A stretch of DNA of 64,000 nt from the human T2T-CHM13v2.0 reference genome, Homo sapiens. How positions within the stretch are numbered: position 1 is the stretch's first letter; every line of letters begins with the position of its first letter. Shown here piece after piece: positions 1-17,341 of the stretch. Made by a program: the position numbers and the translations under genes. The stretch lies in NCBI RefSeq assembly GCF_009914755.1, contig NC_060942.1; one strand, given 5' to 3'. The notes beneath the pieces were generated by a model. That model did no database searches. It worked only from the letters and a program-made list of their open reading frames with translations, and was not told where the DNA came from.

Positions 1-1552
1 AAAGTTTATAATACAGTGTTTTCTTAGTATATTCACAGAGTTGTGCAACCATAACCACTAATTTTAAAACATTTTAAGCACCCCAAAAAGGAACCCTGCA
101 CCCATAAGCAGTAAGTCCCTTTTTTCCCCTCTCCTAGCACCCGGCCACCATTAATGTACTTTCTGTCTTTATGAATTTGCCTATTCTGGACATTTTATAT
201 AATTGGGATCATACACTATGTGGCCACTGTAACTGGAGGAGATTTTTATTGGACTTGTGCTGAGTCTGTAGGTCCATTTGGAGAGGATTGCCACATTGGT
301 AATATTGTGTGTTCTTATGCATGCATGTGGGATATCTTTCCATTTATTTAGATCTTTAATTTCTTTCAACAATATTTTGTAGTCATTAGTGTACAAGTGT
401 TAGACTATTTGTTAAATTTATTCCTAAGTGTTTTATTCTTTTTGTTGCTATTGTAAGTGTAATTGTTTTCTTAAATTTTCAATTATTCATTGCTAGGATA
501 CAGAAATACAATTGACTTTTGTATATTATTTTGTACCTGCACTTTTGCTGGACTTATTTTTTTAGTTCTAATAGCTTTTTAGTGGATTTCTTAAGATTTT
601 CTGTATACAAGATTATGTTATGTGTAAACAGAGATAGTCTCACCTCTTCTTTTCTTATCTGGATACCTTTTATTTCTTTTACTCGTCTAATTGTCCTGGC
701 TGGAACCTCCAGAGCAGTTTTGAATAGAAATGGCAAGGGTGAACATGCTTGTCTTTTTCCTGAGCTTTGGGGGAAAGCATTCAGTCTCATCATTAAATAT
801 GATGGTGGCTGTTTTCATAGATGTCATTAGTGAGGCTGGGGATGTTCACTTGTCTTTCTAGTTTGTTGAGTGCTTTTGATCATGAAAGGGTGTTGGATTT
901 TGTCAAATAGGTTTTCTGCATTGATTGAGATGATCATTTGATTTTTTTCCTTGTTCTATTAATGTGGAATATTGCATTGATTGGTTTTCATATTTTGAAC
1001 CACCCTTGCATTCCTGGGATAAATCCCACTTAGTCATGATGTATAATTTTTTTAATATGCTGCTGGACTTGGTTTGCTGGTATCATGTTGAGGACTTTTT
1101 ATGTCTTTATTCATAAGAGATATTGGTCCATCTCTTATGTTTTTCTTGTGATGTCTTTGACTATCAGGGAAATATTAGCTTCATAGAATAACGTGGGAAG
1201 TGTTCCCTCCTTTCTTATTTTTTTGAAGAGTTTGTGAAGGACAGATGTTAATTCTTCTTAAGCCATTTGGTATAATTTATCAATGAAATGATCTAAGCTG
1301 GGGTGGGAAGTTTTTTGATTACTATTTAAATATCTTCACTCATTACAGGTTATTCAGATTTCCTATTTCTATTTCTTCTTGTGTCAATCTCAGTAATTTG
1401 TGTCTTTGCAGGAATTTGTCCATTTCATCAAGGCTATCTAATATTTTGTCATGTGTTGTTCATAGTATTCCCTTATGCTTCATTTTTATTTCTGCAAGGT
1501 TGGTAGTGATGTCCCTCCCTTTCATACTAATTTTAGTAACTTGTCTTTTTTC

Positions 1553-1980
1553 TTTTTCCCTTGGTCAATCTACCTAAAGGTTTGCCAATTTCATTGCTCT
1601 TTTTAAAGAACCAACTTTTGCTTTCGTTGATTTTCTCTGTTTGTCTAGTCTCTAGTTCATTTCTTGTCACTCTAGCCCTTATTACTACTTCATTATTTCC
1701 TTCTGCTTATTTTGGTTTTGTTTGCTGTTTCTCTAATTCCTTAAGGTATAAAGTTAGGTTTTGTTTTTTTTCCCTTGGTCAGTCTAACTAAAGGTTTGCC
1801 AATTTCATTGCTCTTTTTAAAGAACCAACTTTTGCTTTCATTGATATTCTCTGTTGTTTGTCTAGTCTCTAGTTCATTTCTTGGCACTCTCGCCCTTATT
1901 ATTACTTCATTATTTCTTTCTGCTTATTTTGGTTTTGTTTGCTATTTCTCTAATTCCTTAAGGTATAAAGTTAGGTTTTT
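1553..1980 (+). repeat. Tandem duplication of about 215 bp inside the L1
   Basis: 1553-1762 and 1766-1980 both run TTTTCCCTTGGTCA...GGTATAAAGTTAGGTTTT; ORFs 1561 and 1775 are near-identical. Confidence 0.95.
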
Positions 1981-2370
1981 GATTCCCAAATCTTTCTTTT
2001 CTAATATAGGCATTTTCAGTTATAACTTTTCTTATCCTAATTACTGCTTTTACTGTATCCCATAAATTTTTGTATGCAGTGTTTTTGTTTTTATTCATCT
2101 AAAAGTATTTTCTAATATCCATTTTGATTCATCCTTTTATCCATTGGCTACTGAAGAGTGTATTGTTTAATTTTCACATATCTATAAATTTCCCAAAATT
2201 TCTTCTGTGATCAATATCTAATTTTATTCCATTGTAGTTGGGCCATATACTTGGCATGATTAAAATCCTTTTAAGTTTATTAAGACTTGTTTTATGGCAT
2301 AACATATGATCTTTCTGGAAAATATTCCATGTGCACTTAAAAAGCTGTGCATTCTGCTATTATTGTGTGA

Positions 2371-3062
<692 letters not shown>

Positions 3063-4019
3063 TGAGTTTTGCTTCATGTATTTGGGGGCTCTGTTGTTAG
3101 CGTGTAAGTGTTTATAGTTATGTCGTTCCAATAGATTGACACCTTTAGTATTGTAAGATGTCTTCTTTGTCTTTAGTAACAATATTTGTCTTAAAGTCTG
3201 TTTTGTCTGGTACAAGTATAGCCACTGCAATTCTCTTTTTCCTTATAACAGCTTTATTGAAATATAATGCATATATCATATAATTCACCCATTTAAAGTA
3301 TAAAATTCAATGGGTTTTAGTTTAATCTGCGCATACAGACTTGTGGAATCTTCACCAGGTTCAATTTTAGAACATTTGTGTAACTCCAAAAAGCAAACCA
3401 GCTCACTGCCGCCTCGACTGCCAGGGCTCAAGTGATACTCCTGCCTCAGCCTCCTAAAGCACCAGGATTACAAGCATGAGCCATCACGCCCAGCCAAACA
3501 AAAAGCTTATGCTAGGTTGCTGGTTTCTGACAGCATTTCAAGCAGCCCTCAAGCTGCTGCCGCCATACCATGACTGTGAGGGGAGGGATGTTTAAAGCTA
3601 AATGAACGGGTGTGAGATTCCATTGCGTCACAGTCCATCGAATGCATTGAAGTGTTGTAAGTGTAACTCAGTGAATCACCAAGCAGAGAACACACCCATG
3701 TAATCACCCTCGTCAAGAAACAGAACACCAGAAGCCTCCCTCATGCACTCCCACAACCACTATTCTCTTTCTGCCAAAAGTTACTCTACTCTGACTTCTA
3801 ATGCCATAACTTAGTTTTCCCTGGTTATTAACTTCGGATAAATAGAACCATATGGCGTGTAATCTTTTAAGTCCGGTTTCTTTTGTCCAATATTATGGTT
3901 GTGAGATTCATCCATATTGTTATGCGTACCTACATTTTATTCATTTTCTGTGATATAACGTGCCATTGAATGAATATCACAATTTTTATCTATTCTACTG
4001 TTGATTGATATTTGGGTTA

Positions 4020-4317
4020 CAGTGGGCCCTCCATATCCACAGGTTCTGCAAATTCAACCAACCAAGGATGGAAAATATTTGGAAAAATAACAATACAAAA
4101 ATACAAATTTAAAAAATACATTATAACAACTATGTACGTGGCATTTACTTTTTATTGGGTATTATAAGTAATCTAGAGATGATTTAAAGTATACGGGAAA
4201 ATGTGCATGGGTTATATGCAAGTACTATGTGATTTTATGTGAGACTTGAGCATCTGCAGATTTTGGTATCCTCAGAGGTCCTGGAACTAATCCCCCAGGG
4301 ATACCAAGGGACTACTG
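4020..4317. mobile_element. MER2-like TcMar-Tigger MITE
   Basis: TA target sites at both ends; termini CAGTGGGCCCTCCATATCC and GGATACCAAGGGACTACTG; internal TATTATAAGTAATCTAGAGATGATTTAAAGTATAC typical of MER2. Confidence 0.85.
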
Positions 4318-4367
4318 TATTTCCATTTTCTTAGTTATTACAGTTATTACAAGTAATGCTGCCATGA

Positions 4368-4766
<399 letters not shown>

Positions 4767-5375
4767 TGACTGTTGGGTATTGTATATTCCACTTCGGTGA
4801 CTGGACAAATTTGCACACTCACTGGAGCTGTATAGAAGTTCTTGTTGCATTACTTCTTTGTCGACACTTGGCATTGTCGACAAGTCTTTTTCATTTTAAC
4901 TCTTTTGGTGTGTGTGTAGTGGAATCATTGTCAATAGTTATCTTTTAAAAACTTTTATTTTCTATTTGTTGCTGATACATAGAAATACATCTATTGTTTG
5001 TATTTTGACCTTTCATCCAGCAAGCTTACTAAACTCACTTATTAATTCTAAAAATTCACCTGTAGATTTGTTGGCTTTTCCACATACCTAATCATACGAT
5101 GTGTGAATAGTACCATCTTTATTTTTTCTAATTTTTATTTCTTTTTATTACCTTATTCTGTGTAGGGTGCACAGTACAATGCTGCGTAGAAGTGTTGATA
5201 AGAAAGCATTTGATAAGGTTGCATTCTGCCTTTCACCATTACACGAGACAGCCACTTCAGGGTTTTTGTAAAACATCCTTTATGAGAATAAGGAGGTTAT
5301 TTTCTATTTCTTGTTTTCTAAAAGTTTTCATCATGATGAATGTTAAATTTCAAGTGCATTTTTTGATCTACTGAA

Positions 5376-5985
5376 TGTAGACCAAAAATAAAATTTGAAG
5401 GCCCCCTGCAACCATCTAAATGTACTCCCTCGTTGACCAGGACACTAAAATTTAACCTGAAAGGCTGGTGCAGGCCATGGCAGGAAGTGGGGGTCTGACA
5501 TGCCTCATGCTACCCTCCTCCCTTTTGGATTTCAGGAAAAGGCGATCAGCATTGAACATCAACACAGACCTTAATTATGATAAGAAACATTTACAAAATC
5601 TATTTTTTCTGAAGCCTGCTACCAGGAGGTTTCATCTGCATGATAAAACTTTGCTCTTCAAAACCTCTTTATTGCAACCCAGACATTCCTTTCTATTGAT
5701 AACCAATTGCCAATTAGAAAAATTTTAACTCTACCTATAATCTGGAAGTCCCCCCGCCACATTGAGTTGTCCCGCCTTTCTGGACCCAACCAATGTGTAC
5801 CTCAAATGTATTTGATTGATATCTCATGACTCCCTAAAATGTATAAGACTGAGCTGCGCCTTGACCACCTTGGGCACATGTTCTCAGGACCTCCTGAGGG
5901 CCGTGTCATGGCCCATGGTCACTCATATTTGGCTCAGAATAAATCTCTTCAAATATTTTATGGAGTTTGACTCTTTTTGTCGGCA
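5376..5985 (+). mobile_element. ERV1 solo LTR, MER4 group
   Basis: Starts TGTAGACCAAAAATAAAAT, ends TGTCGGCA; MER4-type block CACCTTGGGCACATGTTCTCAGGACCTCCTGAGGG and AATAAATCTCTTCAAATATTT. Confidence 0.85.
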
Positions 5986-6589
5986 GTTTGTTGTTTTTGT
6001 TTTTGTTTATTTGTAGTCTTTCTCATCAGATTTGTGTTCCTTGACAGAGCTGGGGAGAGGTGTGCTTTATTTAGGGTGTGTCCGGTGCCTGGCATTTTTA
6101 TTTGGCATTTAATAAATACTTGACAAATTAATAAGAATAAGAGCTCTCTGGACAGATAAACTACAAGGAAATGTTTGAGATCGTTGCTAAAAGAGAGGTC
6201 CGTAAGCCGTGGGTCCGGAAAGGAAGTTCCCCTGGGCAGGGACCCTCATCCTATTGCAAGCAGAGTTTCTTGTGAATAGGCTGCCATCTGCAGGGCCCTG
6301 GCCCACTCTCTTCATCAAGATTTCCTCACAGCCCCTTACCTCCCCGTCCACCTGCTCCTCTTGCTCCCGTTTCTGCTTCTTCTGAGGTTTATCCATGTGG
6401 CATCGCTAATGGTCTCCCTGCTAGTGGGAATTTTGTGACAATGGGACCTTGTTTATTTTACTGCTGTATCCTGATTGCCTAGAACCCTGCCCAGGTGGCC
6501 AGCACACACTTGCTTAGTGCATCATGTGCTATTTTTCCCCAGGGAGAAATGTTCAGATTTTTTGTTTTCCTTTCTTTTTTTTTATGGCT

Positions 6590-8662
<2,073 letters not shown>

Positions 8663-10426
8663 TCACCTCTTCTGTCCCTTGATCCCCCAAACTGGTGTGC
8701 TACTTGCCACAGTGAGGGTGACTGGTTTTGCTCTGCTTGGCTTCTGGAGGGGCTCAGGGTGCCCCCATGAGGGTATGGAAGTGGGATCAGTGAAAACCAG
8801 GTGGGGAGTTGCAGCCATTCCCAGGAAGGAAGGCAGAAAGGCCCCGGGCCATGTGAAAGAAACAAGTAGGGTGCAACAGAGACGGTTGTGCAAGCCTGGC
8901 TGCGGTGTGGGAGCCCCGTGAGGCACCTTGCAAGGACAAGTGGAGGCCCCTGCACTCTGACGTGCCTGCGGGGCTGAGACCCCCCGGGGTCCTCCAGGGC
9001 CGGTAGAGGGTGCTGCTGCAAGCTCCCGCAGAGTGTCTGTGGGCCTGGCCACCACCCTTCAGCTGCTCCCCTAAGACGCCGTGGTATACGTTTTCCTCTT
9101 AATTTGTGTTGTGTTGGTGACAACTGCATGCACAGTACCACCTCCCTGACTCGTTTTCTCCTTGGCTGCTGACTGCACAAACCGAGACTGGTGGCAGAAA
9201 ATGGCGAATTCTGAGAGAAAAAAGTGTTTTTCTAAGTCAAACTTCCTGCCATTTCCACGGAGTTTTCTATGCTACATAAGTCAATCCATTTATGTTTTGA
9301 ATTTTAAAAGATTTTGGAATGTTTGAACAGAGAAGCTTCCTTGCACACATGATTTTTCAAGATTCTAGGGAATTTTTATCTACCATAGGAGAGAGAAATA
9401 TTTCATACATCTAGTCAAAATGAAAATAAATACCAATTACCCATGTATCTCTCTCGCCCAAGTTCTTGCGAATCTTAATGGAATTCTCCTGGCAACGTGC
9501 AGCTTATTGGATCTTTGGAGGCAGGAAATACTCAACATATTTAAAGCATTACATTGTCCAACAGGTGAGGAATGGGGGAATACTTATATCAGTTACTTGG
9601 ACACAGTCCAGTTAACTAGAGAGGCTCTATGTGTTTTGAAGATCTAGTTCCTTGAAGCTATGTAAATATGTTTTAATATTACCAAGATGAGCAGATGGCA
9701 TTTTTTTTCTAAGGGTCAGGGGCCAGGGTGGTACAGGGAAGCTATTTCCCCACAAGGGAAAGAGGGGGTTTGTCAGAAAACCAGACAATGGCCAGAGGCC
9801 AGGGACCTATTGTTTTCCAGTCACAGGACATAAATCCTCTTGGGCCCAGGTTGAATTGCTCAGGGTCTCAGTATCCAGGAAATGAAGCTGTGAGAAGAGT
9901 GAATCTGAACATGAGCCCAGGACTTCCAAGTTCATTGAGAATTCACCAAGGAGCCCCGGAATTAGACAGGAGCAGTAAGGAGTAAAAAAAAAGAAAAAAA
10001 AAAAAGAGGTATTCTTTAGCATTATGGACATTGCATCTGTAAGGGGGCTCTTGGCGACAAAGGAGGCTTCACTTGTGGGCAGCGTGGGGTGTCATTCTCA
10101 GGGAAAGAGCTGTCTGCATCAGCTTGGTAGAAAACCCACCTGAACTTATCCAAATAGGTTCTACTAGGTAAGGTTGTCAGTCTTTCTCCCCCCTCTAATT
10201 TTTCCCCCCTTACTGGCTTTTTCTGCTATCAGAACCCTTCTTGATCAAAGCAATGAACCCGAAACCAACAACTTCTCACCCTCCCCACCTGCAGCCACAG
10301 ACCTTGGCCACCACTGCCCTCTCACCCTCATTCAATCCTCTCTTTTCCTTTATCACTAAGACTTTTGGAAAGAGCTGTGCTGCATGAATAAAACTGGAGT
10401 TCTGCTAATGAAGAAGAGAGGAAGGG

Positions 10427-10970
<544 letters not shown>

Positions 10971-11599
10971 GAAGAGAGGAAGGGCAGCCGCTGCAGTGAT
11001 GCAGAAGCTCCTCGCCTCCAAACCGCAAGCGGCTTCTCTGCTGCGCCTTGCTTGAGCTTTTCAGGGGCATCTGTCTGTGGGAGCTTCCCTCCTCCCTTGG
11101 CTTCTGCGGGGCACCTTCTCGTCCTCCTCTGTTCTCTCACCTGCCTTCTTCACACACAGTGGCTGCCAGGCTCCTGGAGGTGCTGGCCTGGTCCTCTGCT
11201 CTGTTTCTCGGTGGCTCTTCCAGAGTTCCCGTTGTTCATACCTTTGGCTTCAGGGGACACTGCCCTGCTGATGACTCTTTCTTTCCATCTTTCGTCTCTG
11301 CTGAGACCTCTATGTCCACGGCCTTCCAGACATCCCCACGTTCTGGCTTTCAGGCAACTTCAACTTCACATGGTCAATCGCAGCCCTTCTCTTTTATGCT
11401 GAACCTGCTCTTCTTCCTGCAATTCCTCTTCAGGTGAGTGGAGCCAGGATCTTCCCAGTTGCCAGGGCAGAATACAGAGTATCATTCCTTCACTGAGCCC
11501 ACACCCAACTGGTCACTGTAGGAGACCCCTGTGCCGCCTTTAATGGCTACTGCACCCATCCCCCAGGGAGCTGCCTTCGGGGACCACGCCTAGGAGACT

Positions 11600-11900
11600 G
11601 CATTTTCCCTCACCCTGCAGTGGTCTGCAGCCATAACTGACCCATGTGGAAGGCACTGCAGCCCAGGCTGCTCGCCTCGCACAGCACAACCTCTGTGGTG
11701 CAGCAGACCTGCTCCAGGTCTTCCCTGAAGCGGATGGAGGCTAGACTTCTCCCAAACCACAGGGGTGCTGAGCTGCCTTGCATGCTCGCCTGCTCCTCTC
11801 ACTCCCACAGGGAGTTCTGATGAGAACCTCCCTCTTCAGGCACTCACCTGAGCAACCCCATCCCAGGCTCTGCGTCTAGGGAGCCCCGACCTAAGGCCGT
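11600..11900 (+). mobile_element. Ancient ERVL-type LTR fragment (LTR16/LTR33-like)
   Basis: 3' terminus GGCTCTGCGTCTAGGGAGCCCCGACCTAAGGC resembles ERVL LTR ends. Confidence 0.45.
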
Positions 11901-11999
11901 CATGGTCTCACAACGCTGCTTCACTGTTTTGCATCTGCCCCACTTGGCATCCCCTCCACCATTGTCTCATCCAGGCCGCACTCATTCACCGAGCCCAGA

Positions 12000-12636
12000 G
12001 GTGCAAATAGAAATAGAACGCAAGCCACATTCACCATTGAACATTTTCTAGCAGCCACCTTTAAAAAGTAAAAAGAGGCCAGGCGCGGTGGCTCATGCCT
12101 GTAATCCCAGCACTTTCGGATGCTGAGGTGGGAAGATCACTTGAGTTCAGGAGTTTCACACCAGCCTGGCAACATACTGAGACCTCATCTCTTTTTTTTT
12201 TAATTAAAAAAAAAATAAGAAGAGTCAGGTGAATTTAGGAATGTATTTTATTTATCCCAATATATCCAAAAATAGTATACTTTTAACATGTATTCAATAT
12301 AAGAATTATTATTGAGATATGTCACATTCTTTTATTCATTCCAAGGCTTTAAAATCCAGTGTGTGTTTTACAGCACATACAATTTGAATGCTAAATTCTC
12401 AAAGAAAATGCTCGATCTTTATTTAGATTTCATAACATCTACAATTGTAAAAAATGAATTCACATACTCAAGTTGTTCCAACCATACATACGTTTTCCAA
12501 TCACTGAATTGAGTATCAATGTTAAAATTTAAGTTAATTAAGGTGAAATAAAATTAAGAATTTAGCGTCTCAATTGCTGCATTTCAGGTGCTAAATGACC
12601 ACATGCAGCTGCCAGCTACTCTGCTGGCAGTGCAGA
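12000..12636. mobile_element. hAT-Charlie element (MER33/Charlie1-like) with FLAM/Alu monomer at 12077-12215
   Basis: AATAGAAAT..GCAAGCCACAT..TTTTCTAGCAGCCAC and end CATTTCAGGTGCT..CCACATGCAGCT match MER33/Charlie1 termini. Confidence 0.75.
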
Positions 12637-13199
12637 TGTACGCTATGAAAGCAGCTTAGAGTTGGTGTCCACTCTGGGTGCAACTCTCCCAGTCGGCCCG
12701 CCGCACTGCAGTCACTTTGCCATGCTAACATGCACATTACACAGGAAAAATCAGTAATGTTGATACTGTCTTCATTTCAAATTTTGATATTATGTTCATC
12801 ATGAACTTTTTACATTAATTTTGATTTTTAAAAAATATTGGATTACAGTATTATTTATCTCGATTATGGAGGTTTTGGGCATTCTCTTACATTTTGTGCC
12901 TGGGGTGAGTTTCTCATTTGCCTGGCCCTAGTCCTGGCCCTGTGTACTGATTGCCTGTGTGCACAGTGGGTCAGATTGCAGGTTCCTAAGGATTGGTGGG
13001 CTCTCCCTCCCTAAAGTCACTCCTCACCATCTAGGAACAGGAGCCTCGCACTTCCCTGCCTTCAGTCATGCTGTTTACTTAGTCTGAGAGTCACCTTTCT
13101 ATTTTCTTTAACTAGCTATTTCCTACTCAGTCTGCAAACCTCCTCTCTGGGGGCAGGTTCTGGTGTTGCCTGGTTTTGTGCAGTTTTTTGCGCAGCCTT

Positions 13200-13790
13200 C
13201 ACCTTCGCTGGCCATGCAGGGCGGGCCACGGCTGGGCTAGATGCAGTACTCTCTGCTCTGTCCAGTTCAGATACCGGGAGGCGTCGCCTGGAGCCCCTTC
13301 CAGCTGGGTCCCCGCTGGAGGCCCCGGCAGGCGATGCGGAGGCAGCCGGAGAGAGGCTGGGTGCTGCCCGTGGCCACTCCCTGCGCTGGTGCAGCCTTGG
13401 TTCTGGTGGAGCGCTAGCGCCCCCGGGCCCGCAGGTGTCGGGACGGGAATGCTTCCCGCTGAGGCCGGTTTCTGCGGCCTCAGCGCGCTCCGCCTCCGCT
13501 CTGGATAGTCCCTGCCTCTTCAGTTGCGCCTTTTGAGCAGAACCCCGCCTTATGCTGAGATTTTGCCCAGTACGTTAGACGTGGGCTGGTTTCCCTCTCC
13601 GAATCCTGTAGTCATTCTTACTTCTCTTTTGCTACATTCTGGGTTATGTGATTTTCATTCTGGGCTTCTCTCTTTCTGCTTCGTTTCGCTGTAAACGGCC
13701 TGAGGACAAAGCAGGTCTCCCTGACGTTTGCGCCCCTCGGGAAACCCAGCCCCTAGCTGTGCACGGGAGCCCAGTGAGCGCTGAAATCGA
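13200..13790. promoter_or_regulatory. CpG-rich island with no associated coding gene
   Basis: High GC and dense CpG at 13270-13560 in non-Alu sequence; GC box CCCCGCC near 13544. Confidence 0.6.
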
Positions 13791-14191
13791 CACATTCATG
13801 GAGAAAGGCAGTTATAGAAAGTGTCTTAACTCATGGCTACCTGCGACTTCTTGTAGAACGTCTATGAAACAGGTATTCTGAAATTATTCCCAAGATGAGG
13901 AGGTTTTAATATTAGGAAACATTTTCTAAATATTACTCCATTCTTATTCACTCTGGAAATAGCCTCTCCTTAATCTCTATTTTCTGAAAATAGAAATTCA
14001 TGTCAAGATGCTACATTATTGAACTGATGTAGCCATAGTCTTTTACTCCACAGAAGACTTACAAGTTCAACTGGAGAAGGGCATGCCATTTTAACTTCCA
14101 TCCACCAGACAAGAACTATTTATATACATGGAGGTTGCTGCCCTTAACTTCTTCGAGATATGTGACATTCCATTTAAAAAGAGATTGTTCA

Positions 14192-14599
<408 letters not shown>

Positions 14600-15288
14600 T
14601 TAGATTCCCAGTGCATCTCATTTGAATTTTTCTTTATTAAAAATTGCTTGTTTTTTCACATGCCGCTTTGGAGCGGGTTTTGTAGAATCCTGGGACCACC
14701 ACTTTCTAGCCATGTGACCTTGGGCATTACTGAATCCCACCAAACCTCAGCTTCTCCATCTAAAAATGGGGATAATCATACCTTCCTTTTATATATTAGA
14801 AGATACTTAGCTGGCATCTAGCAGGTACTCAATATATATTCTCACACTGTAGTGTACCTAAGAACAGATCATTAAAAGCTGACATTCCTAGGCCTCTTCC
14901 TTCTGAGGTTCTGGGCTAGCCTGTGGGTGCTCTGGCATATGTATTTGTCACAAGCCCCTTAGGTAACTCTTATGCAGGTGGTGTATAGACTGCACTTCAG
15001 GAGATGCTTCTGCAGAGCTCATCTTCTTGGGATGATAAATGCATCACGAGGAGTCCTGGACCTCCATGGCCTGCTCAGGATGTGTGTATGCAACATGGTC
15101 TTACAACACTCGAGCTCAAACTCTCCCAGCCACTTAGAGTCCAGCTGCCTTGATGTCCACTCCTCTCTTGGCTGTACACAGATGGTTGGAAACTGGATCC
15201 TAGGTCTCCTAGGCCTCCAAGTCCTTGTAGCCTTCAGTAGAGATTAAAAGCCCTGTAGAGAGAACCCATTGGCCATCCTGCATCGTGA

Positions 15289-15630
<342 letters not shown>

Positions 15631-15904
15631 TAGAGTAAAACCCTGAGCAAGGAATCAGGTGGAGGGGTAGCACCAATGCAGGGCAAGGAATCAGGTGGAG
15701 GGGTAGAGCGCAGATGCAGTGATGCAGAGAAGGGTAGAACCCCATCCTCCAGGGAAGGAAAGGTTAGGAGGTCCACTCTCATCACGTTGCTACCAGCTCA
15801 CGCTCACTCTCCAGACCTCTACCCCTTCTCCCTTAGTTGTTGTCCCCTGCCCACTTTCTCCATCACATCCACATGTAGGTACATGTATATCATACATATT
15901 TTTA

Positions 15905-16060
15905 AACACAAGGTCTCACTATGTTGTCCCAGATGGAGTGCAGTGGCTATTCACAGGCATGATCATAGCTCACTGCAGGCTCCACCTTCTGGGCTTAAGC
16001 ATTCTTCCCACCACAGCCTGCCAAATAGCTGGGACCACAGTGTGTACCACCATGCCCAGC
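15905..16060 (-). mobile_element. FAM (fossil Alu monomer, 7SL-derived)
   Basis: Contains the 7SL-type GTGGCTATTCACAGGCATGATC, absent from dimeric Alus. Confidence 0.75.
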
Positions 16061-16359
16061 TACCATGTCCATATTTCTAAGGATTGTTTATACATATATA
16101 ATTTTTTTTTCATTTCCCTTCCTGCATCCCAAACCAGATTTCTCTGAGGTTAGAAGGGGTCAAAAAAGAAATGCCCAGGTGGTGTCTCCAGGGTTTAGAT
16201 CCTAAAGAAGAGGAAAATTTAACTTCTTTCAGTTGGCAGCTGAAATAGGACCTATTTATGCCTAATTTTCTCAAACACTGGACTTTGGAGAAAGGACTCA
16301 CAGGATGGCAGAAGCGACTATTAAGTATCTCATGAATTCATTTCTTTCTCTTTTTTGCT

Positions 16360-16499
16360 TTCTTTAATATTTTAATTTTTTTAATAGAGATGGTGTCTCG
16401 CTGTGTTGTCCAGGATGGTCTTGAACTCCTGGGCTCAAGCGATCCTCCCACTTTGGCCCCCAATGTGCTGACTGCGGGTGTGAACCACTGTGCCCAGCT
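16360..16499 (-). mobile_element. FLAM / left Alu monomer
   Basis: Left-arm Alu sequence only. Confidence 0.8.
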
Positions 16500-16985
16500 C
16501 TAAGAATTCTTTTCTTGTGTTTGGCTGAGCAGGAGCGGTGAGGACTTGTGGCTGGGAAGGGCCTGGTTGCTGAGCTTTCATCTAACTGCTTGTCTCCTAT
16601 CTGAGCACATGCATGGAAAGAGAGGAAAAATCAAGTTTGGAAAAATGTCTGGGCCCTTCTCTCGGAGGTGTTGGCAAGCAGGAAAGATATTCAAGCATTG
16701 ATAGACTTGCAGCGAGACATTGTTTTTGTCGAGATTGCACAGAATGGGAAACTGAAAGGATTAGCATCCGGTTTCCAGTCCAGTGAGTACAAGCATGCAC
16801 ATTGTCACTCCCATTGTCACAAGAAAAAAGCTGAACAAACAAGATCAACAACTCTTCTTGGGTCCTTCAGAGAATTGAAGTTACAGGGCAAATGGCCACA
16901 CTGCAAACTGGAGAGACTGGCAGATACCAAGAATCACAGCTAGCCTTGAGCAGAAGCTGCAGCTGGAGCCAGAAATGGGAAGAAA

Positions 16986-17232
16986 TGTAACCATAACAGT
17001 CTTGTTCTCGGATGCATGGCCGGTCAATATGCCAGACACTGGGTTGCAGCAGAGGAATGGGTTTCATTGTAAGGAAACTGAATGAGGAGGTAGGAGGAAC
17101 CCTCAAATCTAGCTCCCCAAGGAGTTTGAGGCTAGGGATTTTAAGGGGTTTGGAAGAGTAGTGGGCCAAGGTATAGGAATTATTGATTGGTCAAAGAGTA
17201 TAGGGTGAAGTCATGGGATCGAGAGATGAAGA
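16986..17232 (-). mobile_element. ERV1 LTR fragment (MER34/LOR1-group-like)
   Basis: TG start; CTCAAATCTAGCTCCCCAAGGAGTTTGAGGCTAGGGATTTTAAGG and GATTGGTC motifs. Confidence 0.5.
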
Positions 17233-17341
17233 TTTTAAATAACTGTGATTAACATGCTAAGGGCTTTACTGGAAAAAGTGGGGGACAGGAGGACAGCTGA
17301 GTAATTTAATTAGAGAGGTGGAAACTACAAAAACAATCAAA

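Noticed and set aside
15905-16060. Possible 7SL RNA gene
   Set aside because: Lacks most of the S domain and is diverged; fits a FAM monomer
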